Below, piece by piece: positions 31,735 through 62,872 of a DNA stretch of 64,000 nt (position 1 is its first letter; the number at the start of each line of letters is the position of its first letter). The stretch lies in assembly GCF_009914755.1 (NCBI RefSeq), contig NC_060930.1; one strand, written 5' to 3'. The stretch comes from the human T2T-CHM13v2.0 reference genome, Homo sapiens. A program made the translations under genes and the position numbers. Below the pieces are notes generated by a model. The model did no database searches. It saw only the letters and a program-made list of their open reading frames with translations, and had not been told where the DNA came from.

Positions 31735-33119
31735 ATCACTAAAGCAACAATTGAAGACAATCAAATAATTCAATAGTAAACAGGCTTCTAGAGTAAGTCA
31801 TCTTTATTCATTTTATCCATTATGTATAACCGATAACTTAAAGTTACAGAGTTAGCCAAGTTAAAGTTCTTAAACTAAACAGTGTGTGCTGGAGGGAAAA
31901 GTCTCATAATATGATAATAAAATATCTTTTGCGACTTTTAGTCAGTAACTGTGTGGGGCCAGGTAAGTAAAACTCTTAGACTAAGAATATAGAAGGCCCA
32001 CAGGGACCATGTGCAGTGAGAAACTCACAGAAAGAAAAGCTATAATTCAAATGTAAATCAGAGAGGGGGCCATTGGTGCTAATTGAAAAGACAACTACTC
32101 TTTTCTACAGTTGAGAAAAGTCCATAAGGATATGGCATACATTTTGTGCTTGGAGGTGTGATCCCTTACATCACTACAAATAGTAACTGAGCCCCTACTG
32201 GGTTCCAGATATTTACTAGGCAACTGGTGAAACCTGCAACTAAATTTTCAGAACGAAGGCAAAAAAAAAAAAAAACAAGACGAAATAATGAAATTAAGCT
32301 GTATTGATCAAACTAAGGGAAACCAATTGACCAACATTTTAAAAATCAGGTAGTGGGTTTACTATATAATTTTAAGATGTTTGATTTAATTGAATTTTCA
32401 GGCATCTGGGTTTGTGAAGTGAGTGCTATAGATTAAGCTGTTCATTGAATCTGTGCTCTCTAAGAATAGCACGAAATTCAAAATTACTGCAAACCAGGGC
32501 TGCAGAATAGGTGTCCATAACATTTTATACTGGGGCCTCTGCAAATCCCATAGGATGAATTGAATTTTTTTTTAATCAAGTCCTGAAAAATTATTGCCAA
32601 GTTGAAATAAAGAATGAAGGTAGACAGTGGTCAGAGAAATTAAGGCACCTTGGGCCAAGGTCACTAAGCCAGAAATGGCTGAAGGGGAAGAAACCTCTCA
32701 TCCTGCTCTTCTCTAAAACATTCACTTTTCCACCATGCTGCCTCTCCAGGCTGGAATCACATGCCAATTCTTCCCTTCACTATTCAGTAATCCACCCACA
32801 ACCTCCACCACAGAACTACTCACTAAGTCATCAGGACACAAGGTCCTCTCTGACAAACCCCTCCAAAGAAAAATCAATCCTCTATGGAAGCCACTGAGCA
32901 CCAGCATCACCCATTTCAGCCTTCAAGTTAACCTGGGCCTCGTCAGCAAAAGTTTCAAATGGCTCTTGTTTCTATGTTCTCTACTCATTTACTTTAAAAC
33001 AACTTGTTTTAGGTGATTTCTCTAGTCTTGTCCACAGGAAAACACAGTTGCAAAAAATGTCCTTTATCCTCTACAAGTTTGATCTTGATTTATTTTTCCT
33101 AGATACCCTGTTCAATGGC

Positions 33120-34300
33120 ACTATTTTATGCATAGTACTGTTATGAACATTCATGTACAAGTTTCTATATGGACATGTTTTCTTTCTCTTGTGTAAATAC
33201 CCAGAAGTGGAATTCCTGGGTCATATGGTTAAGTCTGCATTTAACATTTTGAGGAAATGCAAGACTGTCTTCCGAAGCAGCTACACTGGGGCCAGGCATA
33301 ATTGCTCACACCTGTAATCCCAGCATTTTAGGAGGCCAAAGCAGGAGGATTCTTTAAGCCCAGGAGTTTGAGACCAGGCTGGGCAACAGAGTGAGACTCT
33401 ATCTCTACAAAAATAAAAATAAAAAAAATTAGCTGGGCACTGTGGTCCCAGCTACTCAAGAGGCTGAGGTGAGAGAATCACTGGAGCCCAGGAGTTTAAG
33501 GATGCAGTAAGCCATGCTGCACCGTGGCATTTTGACCTGGGTGTGGAACAAGACCCTGTCTCTCAAAAAACGAAAATCAAAAACAAACCAAAGTGGCTGC
33601 AACATCTCACATTCCCACCAGCAGTGTATGAGAGTTCCAATTTCTCTGCATCCTTACTAACACTTATTATCTATTTTTAGATTTTATTCTAGCCATCTAG
33701 TAGATGTGAAGTGGTATCTCATTGTGGTTTTGACTTGCATTTCCCTAAAGATTAATGGTGCTGAGCATCTTTTCATGTACTTCTTGGCTATTCTTCTATG
33801 ATCTTTGGAGAAAGTCTATTCAGATCCTTTGCCCATGTTTGAGTTGGGTTATTTGTCTTTTAATTATTAAGTTGTAAGAGTTATTTATATATTCAGTATA
33901 CAATATTTATGGTATATTTATCCCATTTTATGGTATATTTATTCCATCAAGAAAGCTTTACTCTTTTGATGTTGTCATCTGAAATACAAAAGTTTCTACT
34001 TTTTATTAATTCAAATTTACCATTTTTCTATTTTATTGCTATGCTTTTGATGTACTAAGAAATAATTGCCTAAGTTTACAAAGATTTATGCTGAGTTTTC
34101 TTCCATGTCTCTTATAGTTTTAACTCATATATTGAGAACGTTGGTCCATTTTGAGTTAATTTTTTTAAAATAAGGTATGAGATAGGGGTCTAAATTCATT
34201 CTTTTGCATGTAAATATCCAGTTGTCCTAACACCATTTGTTGAAAATACTATTCTTTCCCCATTAAATTTTCTAGATACCTTTACCAAATACAATTGAAC
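33120..34300 (-). mobile_element. Old L1M 3' region containing a plus-strand AluJ (33289-33590)
   Basis: cattcccaccagcagtgtatgagagttcc, atatccagttgtcc..caccatttgttgaa. Confidence 0.8.
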
Positions 34301-34384
34301 TATTTTACATATTTTTTTGGTGAGAGAAAAGATCTTAGTTTCTGTCATCAATTCCAAACTTTGCACTGCATCAGAATGAAATAG

Positions 34385-37542
<3,158 letters not shown>

Positions 37543-37817
37543 CTAAGTCGTTATGAGCTGGCTGACTCGTGAAGGCAGAACTATTCTTTTTAACAGCCTG
37601 GCCATGGAGGCATAGCAAAGGAATGAGATGTTCTGCTTCCTAGAAATCTCTGAGAGACAGTCATCTTTCTTGCCACCACCTGAGACAGGTGCCCTTAGGC
37701 GGAACCTCCTTAAGCTCATACAGCCTGAATGAGTGCCCGGCTCCTGAAACTCAGCCCCTCCTACGGTCTGCCCCACTCAGCCCATCCCACCCCCAAGCAC
37801 ATCCTGAACACACTCAC

Positions 37818-38563
37818 CTCTTTTCCAGAGCTGTTGCTGGATTGTTCCTGGAGCTGAGAAGCCTTTTCTTTCTCCAACACCTCTCCTGAAGATGGAGTAG
37901 TCGGCAAGGGAAGCAACACACTTCTCTCAGGGAGTTTTGGGGCAGGGGTTGAAGCCGACTCATTCAGGTAATGGAGCTCAGGGTCCTGCTGCGTCTCCGC
38001 TGGCACCGCAGGACTGTCTCCAACAGAGGAGTTGAAGGCCCCCTCGCTGCCCGGCAGTAGGCCCCAGTCCGTGTACTCGGCACTCCCTCTGGGCTCCTGC
38101 TTGCCACTGGGTTGCAAGAGGTCCTTCTCCAGCTCCCGGTAGTCATCTGAGTACTCAGACATCTCCTCTAGGCCCCAATCTTTGCCTAGAAAGGGCAAGT
38201 CCTTTCTGATATCCTCAGGTGAGTCCCCCCAGATCCCCGAGGGGGAGCCCCTGTTCAGCATCATGTCCCCATAGTCCAGCAGCTGTGCAGGCCTCTGAAC
38301 AGGCCGGAGCACAAAAGTGAGATAAGACCTGATGGGGCCCATCTTCTTGGGCTCACAGTTCTCTTTGTGGGGGCAGCTCACCAGGTAGCAGCGGCCCTCG
38401 AACCACCAGGCCAGGTCACAGCTGGACAGGTCACAGCAAGCGGCCGTGCAGTCTACGACAGGGAAGGTGTGAGACACCCGCATGATTCTGGTGGTTTCCA
38501 AGTTAGGTGAAATGACTGCATTGGAATATGTCCTCCCCTCGCTGCACTGCTTACGGGCACAAC
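37818..38563 (-). CDS. KIAA0319: Exon 3 (746 nt): MANSC domain and start of the stalk
   Basis: ORF 37761..38654, Cys-rich DCTAACCDLSSCDLAWWFEGRCYLVSC; aag|GT and GAG|gtgagt. Confidence 0.97.
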
Positions 38564-38714
38564 CTTTAAACAAAGTAGTTTCTAATGAGGGAGAGAGGCA
38601 TATCACAGGGAAGCACCTCCAGCTTAAGAAACCAGGAAAAGGGAGTCTTCTCAATCCCTGGCCAGTCTGGCAAGCAAATAAACAATCAGCATTTCACACA
38701 GAAAGATCACAGCA

Positions 38715-39052
38715 ATCCATCAAACCATCCAGCCATATATTCATCCTCCTACCTTCCCACCCACTCATTCATCTTCCATCTACTCATCCTTTCATTCATC
38801 CACCCGTCTTTCCTCCTATCTTTCCACCTTTCTACCCATCCATCTATCCATCCTTTCACCCACATACTCATCCATCTACCCTTCTACTTTTCCATCCATC
38901 CATCCATCCATCCATCCACCCTCCCATCCATCCATCCATCTTTCTATTCTTCTACCTTTCCACTCATCCATCCATCACTCCATCCCTCCACCCATCCACC
39001 CACTCATCCATCCAGAGATTCTTACACCTATCCATGCACCCTTCCTTCCATT
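38715..39052. repeat. Degenerate (CCAT)n / (ATGG)n tract
   Basis: Read directly; pure core at 38891-38917. Confidence 0.92.
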
Positions 39053-39679
39053 TGTTATTTTTTCATATAGTTTCACTCCATTTACTTAACAGGAACATTC
39101 TTCTACATTGTATTTATACTATTTATAATACTTTGTTCCTCACATAAAATTCAATTATACAGGTTTACTTTACAAAATAGCATCATGTCTCTGTTTTATC
39201 GTTAATTGATTTTAAGTCTCACAGGCTATTTTAATGGTGGATAAATTGACAGGGAAGCAAACTGTCACAAGGAGGCAAGGAGACCTTTGTAAGGCAGAAG
39301 CCTCCAACTCAAAGCTTAGGGCAGTTTTCAGTGTGGCTGGAGGTGGTGGATTCCTTGGGACACCTCTGGAGTGCACCGTTCCTTTGTTCTGCAAAAAATC
39401 ACCTGAATGGGGGCTGTTTAGATATACATACCTTAAAAGCAAAGATCTTAATGCTAAATAAAGAAGTTTGAGAAGGTGGGGCTCCCAACAACTAAATCAT
39501 TCTTCATTTGGTCCAAGTTGCCATAATTACTTCAGAATCTATTAGAGACACTCTAGAAAGCTCTTCTATCAAACTGGAGACCAGGGAACCTGTCGCCTAT
39601 GTTTGTATGCTCTATGAATCCTAGCCCAATCTGTGGGAATACTAGTTACTTGATGATTCTTGACAAGTTAATAAAATCA

Positions 39680-41998
<2,319 letters not shown>

Positions 41999-42571
41999 GG
42001 AAGATGAGCAAATTGCAAATAACATTTATTGGGATGCAATAACTCAGGAATTGATATTTTGAATTAAGGGAGAATACCTCATAAGAAAAGGGCAAAAAGG
42101 AATGAAAAAGTAGAGATTTGCAAAGGAAAAAATATGGGTCTCTAAACATTAATGACATCATCTAAAACATTAATGAAGGTATTTTCTAGAGTATATTAAA
42201 GATGAAATAAGGGGACATTTTTTCTTACACACTAAGCAGGAATGAGTTTAATAAGATGGATGGATGGAGGGGAGTAAGTGATCTACAAGTCATGATGGGC
42301 TTTTCCAATGGCAATACTTTCTGGAGTGGCCCTCACATCATATAAAATGGTGCTGCCCAAAATTTGGGTGCTTCTGAATCATCTCCAGGTGCTGCTGAAA
42401 ACCCAGATCCCAGAGCCACATCCCTAGGAGGTCTGGAGTGTGGCATGAGAAACTGCATTTTAACAAGGGTCTCGCTAAGGTTATCTTCATTATGGCTGTG
42501 TTACATTTGGACAAACTGTACATAACAGTTTTTCTAGTCATATCACCACCCTCAATCCTTGGTATACTCAC

Positions 42572-42599
42572 ATGGGCTCGGCCAGCCCAGTCTAGTCAT
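42572..42599 (-). CDS. KIAA0319: Alternative exon in intron 2 with alternative N-terminus MTRLGWPSP(C); probable exon 42572-42662
   Basis: ATG ACT AGA CTG GGC TGG CCG AGC CCA T|gtgagt is a phase-1 donor in frame with exon 3; matches a recalled isoform N-terminus. Confidence 0.75.
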
Positions 42600-43001
42600 G
42601 GGTCTTCTTAAATGATGCTCACCAGTGATTTTTTTGCCATGAGTGCATCCACCATAAGCAAACTGAGTATAATGAAAATAAAGATTTCTGATAAAAGGAA
42701 GTCTGGCCTTTCCAGCCAGATCTAGTATGCAATTCTTTTCAATATATAAACATAAAGTTTTCCTAGTATATATGAAATGTGATTTTATTTTCCCATGGAA
42801 TAGTCATGATAAAAATAAACTTAAATTCCTGTTTACGGAAAACCACTCATGCATGAGGTCTGCCTTTCATGCTTTCACCTGTAAAATAATTCTATTGAAA
42901 AGCAAACCAACAGCGTCTTCACCTCAGGTTGATCTGAGTTGCTTACACTAGTCAAGAAACTCAAGTCCAACACGGGTATCTCCAGGGTAGTAGTTCCCTA
43001 C

Positions 43002-43056
43002 CTGCAATTGTCACCAGCAGCAGCAATGAAGAGAGCACACCTGTGGGGGGCGCCAT
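43002..43056 (-). CDS. KIAA0319: Exon 2 coding part, signal peptide MAPPTGVLSSLLLLVTIA(G); full exon 43002-43161 includes 105 nt of 5'UTR
   Basis: ATG in strong context ACAATGG; donor GCAG|gtagg; acceptor ttttcctttgaag| at 43161. Confidence 0.95.
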
Positions 43057-43380
43057 TGTGCACCACACAGTGGGTGATGGCAGGCTTCTGAGGCGGCCCT
43101 GAAGAGAGTTTGGTGCAAGCTTCCTTTGATGTTTTTTAGGAGCCAGATTTGGCCTCAAGAACTTCAAAGGAAAAACATAAAAGAGGAAGGAAGAAAAGAA
43201 TAGGTAAATGTAGAAACATCCAAAATTATTTCTATCATTCATTCATGTCAGTGGGAAGCCTGTCCTGGTCACATCACAGAGCCACAACCCAGGCAAACAT
43301 CCACCTAGAGCGTTTGTTCAAATAGCCAGTATAGTTCCTAAGAAGAGCCAAAGAATTTCATGCTTACTCTCCTTACAAGC

Positions 43381-43924
43381 TGTGGAAATAAACGAGGACC
43401 AGTCAAATGAGAAAAGCAAAGGCTATTTATTCAGAGCTTGTTATAGAAAGGCAGTCAGCCACCATCACTTGTTTTTGGCAGAGACTCAAAGACAGGCAGA
43501 GGAGTGGGAAAACTTTATAGCAGAAAAAGAGAAAGCCTCAGGTGTGCTCTAATTGGAGGCTGTTGCAGTGGGAAGCTGCAGGCAGCTCGCTAGAAGTGGG
43601 GCATCCTACGTGACTGGTTAGGAGGCATGTTTGGCTTTCTCTGACTGGTCCAAAGTTGGAAGAAGGGATAAAAATTAAGGAAGCCATTAGTTATTAATCA
43701 AGTCCTGGTCATTCGAGGCTGATTGTTACAGAAGTTACTGTTTAGCTTCCAGGATTGTTTATAGAGATAGCAATCTGGCTTCCTACAAGTCTGACTTATA
43801 GCAGGCTGGCTTCCTAGGCTGCTTATTGTAGACAAGGGACTGGTTTCCCGGGCTGTGGATTGTCGGTCAAAGTTCTATTTTATATTTCATCTGGCCATTG
43901 TCTGCTTTTATATCCAGGCTCTCA
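43381..43924 (-). mobile_element. MER31-like ERV1 solo LTR
   Basis: Minus strand starts TGAGAGCC..gacaatggccaga..aaaatagaact, has AATAAA near its 3' end and ends in CA. Confidence 0.7.
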
Positions 43925-43964
43925 AAGCTAAAACTATGAAATAATGATGGAATAAATCACACTA

Positions 43965-45097
<1,133 letters not shown>

Positions 45098-46772
45098 TCA
45101 TTAGTATCTTACATTTCATTGAATTTAGTTAATATAAGCACTTTATTTTTGCCTGGTACTTTCTCAGTGTGATCTTCACCACAACCCAGACATATTATTA
45201 TCTCTGCATTAGGTGATAGAATTGAGGTTCAAAAAAGTGAACTGGTTTGCCCAAAGTAGAAGAACCAGTACAAGGCAGTCTGGACTTGGATCTGTACTCC
45301 AAGTGCTTATTATTTCAAATACATAACAAAGGCTCCCAGGAGGAAACACACAAGTTCATGTTCAAAAAACCTAGATAAGGTTTCCTAATGTGGTGTCAGA
45401 ATCCCACTGTGAGTTGCAAGATGGTATGTTGTAATAAACTAGATTTTAGTTCCAGTTCACACCAGTCTCTTCCACCCACTCCTTCATTCCTCCTCCCTCC
45501 ACGCAGAGGATGTGTGGATAAAACCTTATAGGAGGACAACACTCTTCCGCACCCCTGTTTCCAGAAGCACTGCAGTACTTTTAGAAATGTGTAAGTGTTG
45601 TAGGGATGAAAAAGAGAGGGAAACACCCCGACAGATGTCTCCAGTCAGTTATTTAAGAACTCTGTGGCAGCCTAATGGGGGCAGGAAATAACCAGAAAGG
45701 ACAAGGAGCCTGCAAACAAAATCAAACACATAACATTCTCTTAAGATGGTGTCTGGAAGTTCTAGGCCTTGTTTTTGAGTTTAATCGAGAAACAACTCAA
45801 ATCACGAGAGTGCCGCCCGTTGAAATGCACATAGGGGACTGCCGTCGACCACACCGAGCACAGCTGCTGCCTAGCCTAACACCATCACTGGCCATGCTCT
45901 GGGTAGGTGAAAAGGGCCTTTAAGGTCCAGAGATGGGCTGAGTTAGACCAAGGGACAGGAAGGAACCAGACTAAAGGTGAGCTAAGGTAAGGTCAGGAGG
46001 TGGGTGTAACACCTCTGTGTCAGTACAACGGACCTGAGGCCATCAGAACACCTGCTTTGATAAGGTAAAATGGAGAAAGAAAACAGTAAGCATTTCATAA
46101 CATTCATGCCTAAAACCCTAGAGGAAGAATACCTGGTTCTGCAAAGTTTGCCACCAATAACTCCCTTTGCTTCCAGTGAGGAAAGTATGTTAGAGATGGG
46201 AGGTGGAAGGGAAGACTGGCCATCTTCCATCTGCAGCCATTGACTACCCCCTAACCAAAGGGCAAGAGAAGAGCAACTGGCCTCCCAGAAATGACATTTA
46301 TTCAACTGCCCAAGGTGCTGGGGCCCAGAATAGCAACACTGCTATCAGCCAGGGACCACTGGTCAAGAATCCCATGGATACAGATTGGGCCTCCACCATA
46401 CCATATGGTACCTTCAGGCAAATTAAGAAAAGGCAGCTCTAAGAGAAGATACTGCTCTGAAGGAACACAGTTTGGCAAATGGACTATAAGCCAAATTCCC
46501 AATCCCATGCCCCTTTGGTGAATGCCTTTGGTTGTGCAAGGTACAACTTTCACAACCATATTGTACCTGGAAAGCAATTTATTGTCATTATCTCAGTGCA
46601 AACATTACAGGTGCTCAGCATAAAAAGCATTTCCTCTTCTCAATACCATATTTAAGGTTCTTTCTTTGGGGGTACTTTAATGTAAGAAGACAATGTGTCT
46701 CCATTTCCTCAACATTAAAAGGCATATGGACTAGATGTTATCAAAAATTCCTTCAGTTCTAATAGCTTATAA

Positions 46773-49350
<2,578 letters not shown>

Positions 49351-50049
49351 GCCAGACCTAATTTTATCTGATAAGTGACACTATTTGTTTTTCGGTTTTT
49401 TTTTTTCCAGTTTATGGGTTATAAAATACTTTGGTTCAGGTAAGATCAAAGCAGACACCTACAGTGAGTAATGGCTGCTTTATGGACAATGCAAATACTA
49501 TAAAGCCAAATGACAGTCTAATAATTTTTAAAATGGCAGATATACCCTTGTATTCTGGAATCACTTATATGGTAACTAACATATGCTTCCTTATAGAAGC
49601 AATTAATTTTTTAGGTTTATGTATATTTTCTCTTCAACTAAATTGTAAACTTCCTGAGGAAAGCGACTAATTTAAAACATAAGCTGATACATTTATACTT
49701 CCAGGTTTTACTTATTTCTCATCTACTAATAGTAACAATTTTAGTTAAAAAATGAATGCTTAAGTACGCATTTTAAATAAAAATATGTTCCTTTAGTTAA
49801 AAACATTTTTTAAAATGCCATGATTTCAAAATTGCTGCTCTCCATGCCAAATAACTTTGCAGTCCCCAACTGTGAACGAACTAATTGGCAGCATACTAGA
49901 AAAAAGATGCTTAAATGCCAATTTAAGTCTCAAGGAGAAAACAATTTAAAAAATAAACAGAAGATTAAATTATATCCACATCGCTTCAAATTCTAACAAT
50001 TAACAACAACTAGGTAGAAGATGTAACAGAAGACTATAGCAATAAAAAA

Positions 50050-55019
<4,970 letters not shown>

Positions 55020-55251
55020 GAGAATTTTTTTTAAAAACAAATCGCCTTTTGTATTTTGTGAATTATGTGAATGTTTTTAATATTTAAAAAAATAAATTTA
55101 ACATTCCTGCCTTTACTTTTGGTCGCTGAGAGCTTACATCTACTCGGCATTAAGAGCTTCGAGTGAGTAACACCAGAGAGCAGTAAGAAAAGACCTGGGT
55201 TAAATGCAGGAAGGGAATCTGCGCGTAACACAGAGAGGGGTGGAGGATGAA

Positions 55252-55383
55252 CAGGGTGGGCAGACTTAGCAAATGAAAATACAGTGCAGGATTCCCAGGT
55301 AATAATTGAATTTCAGGTGAATAATTTTTTTTTTATTCTGCAATATTTGGGACATTATTATAGTGTTTTGTCTGGCAACTCTA
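55252..55383. mobile_element. MER53-like hAT MITE
   Basis: Termini cagggtgggcaga and tctggcaactcta; internal gcaatatttgggacat. Confidence 0.65.
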
Positions 55384-58334
55384 ACTATGAGAAAATGCCC
55401 ATGTGCCCTGGGCAGCCCATTTAGAACTACAGCTCATGTATTTCTCTCCCCAGAAGATCTACAAACACAACACTATGAAGAGAAAGAGCTGACATTTACA
55501 CTTCACTCCTAGAAGCAAAAGCTCAACCCAGATTTCAGTCCATATCCTGAATCCCCACTGATTTCTGAAATCACTTAATGTAAGCACAAACAACTGGTTA
55601 ACAAGAGAAAGAACACAAGGAGGAACAGGCAGATCATTTGAGGGAAAAAAAAAAAACAAAATGAGGGAAAGACCTAGAAAACAAACCACTGAACAAAAGG
55701 AATGGATTTTAATTTTAATTTTCAATTTTTTTGCATTGAGCAACCTTTATTTCAAAGAGATGGAATTACCATGCTGCTCTGAGACAAATTATTTTTCAGA
55801 GCCGGCTAACAGCTTTCATCTCAGCTGGGGCTGAGTGTATGAAAAAAAATCCTGTATGTGACAGCCAGGATTCAACATATCCAGAATCTGATATTTATTT
55901 CTTAACTGCCTTGTTTTTTTGGTAAGGCTTGCCCAAAACTATCCTGTGGATAATAGGAGGAAATATATTATTCATAGATTTCTCTTTCCATTTCACCGCA
56001 GTTGAGTTTGCTTTTGATTTCAGAAAAGTAGCTGTGACCAATAAACGCAGGTCAACTAAAAACAACCCCAAGATACCCCGTGGCAGGTTTCCTAAGACTG
56101 TGATGAATTGCGAGCATGTTTCACAGATTGATTCAAATGTTGGAAGGAGCCAGCCTTAGCAATTCCTGACATATGCCAGGACAGACGCCTTGGGAGAGGA
56201 AGCAAATGCTCCCAACTGTGTCTCCATGCCCTTCTCTTCGCCTCCCGGTCTTCTTTCTATCACCTCCCAGTCGCCCAGTGCTCTCTCCCATACCCTGGAA
56301 ATATCCAGCTCAAAAGCCAGTTATCTATGCAGCCTTCCTCAGCTTCTCAAACACAGCCTCCAAGCTGAGGTCATTGTTCCCTCCTCTAGACAAGTCCCAA
56401 GGCTAGATTATCACCACAAGTGCAACTATGTATAAAAATTGTAATTCACATTTGTAAAAACTACCATTCATTCCATAATGTTCCTGGCATTTTACGTCCA
56501 TTAGTTTTAATCCTTCGGGAAAAAAAAACAATTAAATATTACTGTCCCCACTTTATAGATGATGAAACTGAAGCTCAGAAAGGCTAAGGTATCCAAGAAT
56601 TAGATCCAATCTGGGTATGTCTGACATCATAGAATATGTTCTTTCCCTATGCTATGCTGCATATGTGTCTCTCTCCTTCACTTAAAAAAAATCAATTGGG
56701 TTTTCTTCTAATTTACAAAAGCAATAAATATTTATTATAGAGAATCCAAGCAGTTAGGTGTAGCAGAGTGAATGGCATTGTTTTACCAGCCAGCCCCTCG
56801 CTGTCATTATCCTCTCTGCCAAGTGACCTCACTATGTCATCATCACTCAGCATCTCGTTGCCTGGTTCCCATACATCCCATTGTAAGCCACAGGGCAGGG
56901 GCTCTGTCTGGTTGCAACTATATCCCCAGGAACTATAGGAGGGGTTGGTACATAGTAAGAGCTCAAAATTTATTCAATAAATGTATGAATGAATAAATGA
57001 TTGATAAATCTCCTGAATAATTAAAAGTGAACTGTAATATACAGTATTTAGAGTTAATTGTAATGAATTTTTAAACAATTACATTAATTTACATTATACA
57101 GCTTTTTTACTTTGGTCTTTACTTATTTGCATCCATCTGAAGTTACAAATGTACATTATAGCATTATGAATAATAATAAAAGACTGGAAACAACCTAACG
57201 TCAATTGACAGGAGACTGCTTTAACAAATTATGATATAGCCAGGTAATGAAATTCTATGCAGCTCTATATACACATTGGTATTATTGAAATCTCTAGATA
57301 TTAAGTAAAAAATGCAAGGAAAGTCAGTGACTATAGTAAGCTACCTTTATGAAGAAGAAAGGAGGATATTTATTTCTGTATATCCTATTTGCTTGTATTT
57401 GCAAAAAAAAAAATACAGAAGAATATAAAACAAACTAAGAGAAGTGATTATGTGTGGAGGGGAAGAAAAGGGAAATTAGTCAGGTGAGACACAAGGGTGG
57501 GAAAGAGACCTCCCACAGAGTATGTTTTTACTCTAGATAATGTGATATGCCCTATAAATATTTTAAGTTAATCACTTTTAAAGGCAAACAGTGTTACAAA
57601 ACAGCAGTTCCATGCCTATTCTCTCCAGCCCCAAGACCTACTCTGAAGATATAACCACCTTTAACACTTACAGCTCTTCTTTCTGTTACTTGCCTCCACC
57701 TTTTAAAAAATAATTTATATCACTATTTCTTGAGCTTTCCATTTCAAACATTCTCTTTTGCATCTTACTATGAAAGATGAAGACTTAGTCACCTCCTACC
57801 ATGCTGCACACAGACACATACACACATCACCCCTTCTCTACTTCTCTCTCACGGTTCTATTATTGTTTAATTCCATCTATAGTCAGTATATCAAAGAGGG
57901 AGTCCCTCTTAAGAAAAAATATTATCAGAAATATGAGTTTCTCTGGTAAGCAAGATGAACATCTATCTTTTAAACAAGGCAGTGCTTTCTAGAACTGAAA
58001 GTCCAATAAGACAATTGTCAAAGTGAATAATTTTTCCAGACCCTTCCACAGAAGACATTGTTTGTAGGTATTAAAGACTCTGTTGTATGTTGTTTTAATA
58101 CTCCTTGGAAATATTGCTTAAATACAAGGCTTTACAAAAATTACTGGTATGAAAATTGAGGATATTTTTAAAACCCAATTAATAATGTAAAACATCCAGT
58201 ATGATCCTCTTGAGGTATCCTTAAAATTCATATATTCAAATACCATACAAGTCTAATTTATCTTGATGTTCTTAAGATGAGTAATTTACTTAAGTTTCTT
58301 ACTGGAGTATGATTTTTAATAAGGTTATTATATA

Positions 58335-61660
<3,326 letters not shown>

Positions 61661-62256
61661 AATGCACGAGGGGGGAAATGGCCTATTTTCAAAATATTCC
61701 ATGAATATGTCTCACCTAGTCACATGCATCTGCAGAGAGACCTTAAGGTGCAAGGGGGAGAAACTTAAAATAAAACAGTGCCTTCTGATCTTGAGAGTGC
61801 CATATTTTGCTGCAGCAGGCGTGCAAATCACACTATAGCAATTCCCTCGCTGCTTCAGCCAGAGCAAACCAAATATAGTTCCAGCCTGACTAAAAAGTGC
61901 CGACCATCTGAAATGACAATCACATGGATCCCATTCGCTGTTCATTCTAACACTGCTGGATTAATTGGCCTAAAATCCTGTTTTGTGTTTCCTTGGTCAA
62001 TAATATGCTACTGAAAATAAGTTAGCAATTTATTTTCAATATATTTTGCCAATATTGGTCGGGAGTAGTGGAGTCAAGCTTCCTGAACTTGATATTCAGA
62101 CATGAAAAAAGTATGCAAAACTGCTTCACAAATTTTTTAAAAAATCATTTTTGTCACCTGGACTGTGGCACTCCAGAACTTGGTTTTAATCTTAGCTAAG
62201 AAGATCCCAAACATGAGGCCTCTTCAATTTTTATATATAAAAAAAGGAAATGCTGA

Positions 62257-62872
<616 letters not shown>

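Noticed and set aside
33905-33947. Short tandem duplications (also at about 10247-10268, 35484-35500, 42141-42177 and 53204-53217)
   Set aside because: Ordinary slippage events, mostly inside repeats, with no functional evidence
38715-39052. YCAY cluster as a NOVA-binding element
   Set aside because: The YCAY motifs are on the plus strand; the KIAA0319 pre-mRNA carries the complement
38482-39147. 221-aa and 161-aa His/Pro/Ser-rich plus-strand ORFs
   Set aside because: Produced by the stop-poor (CCAT)n repeat
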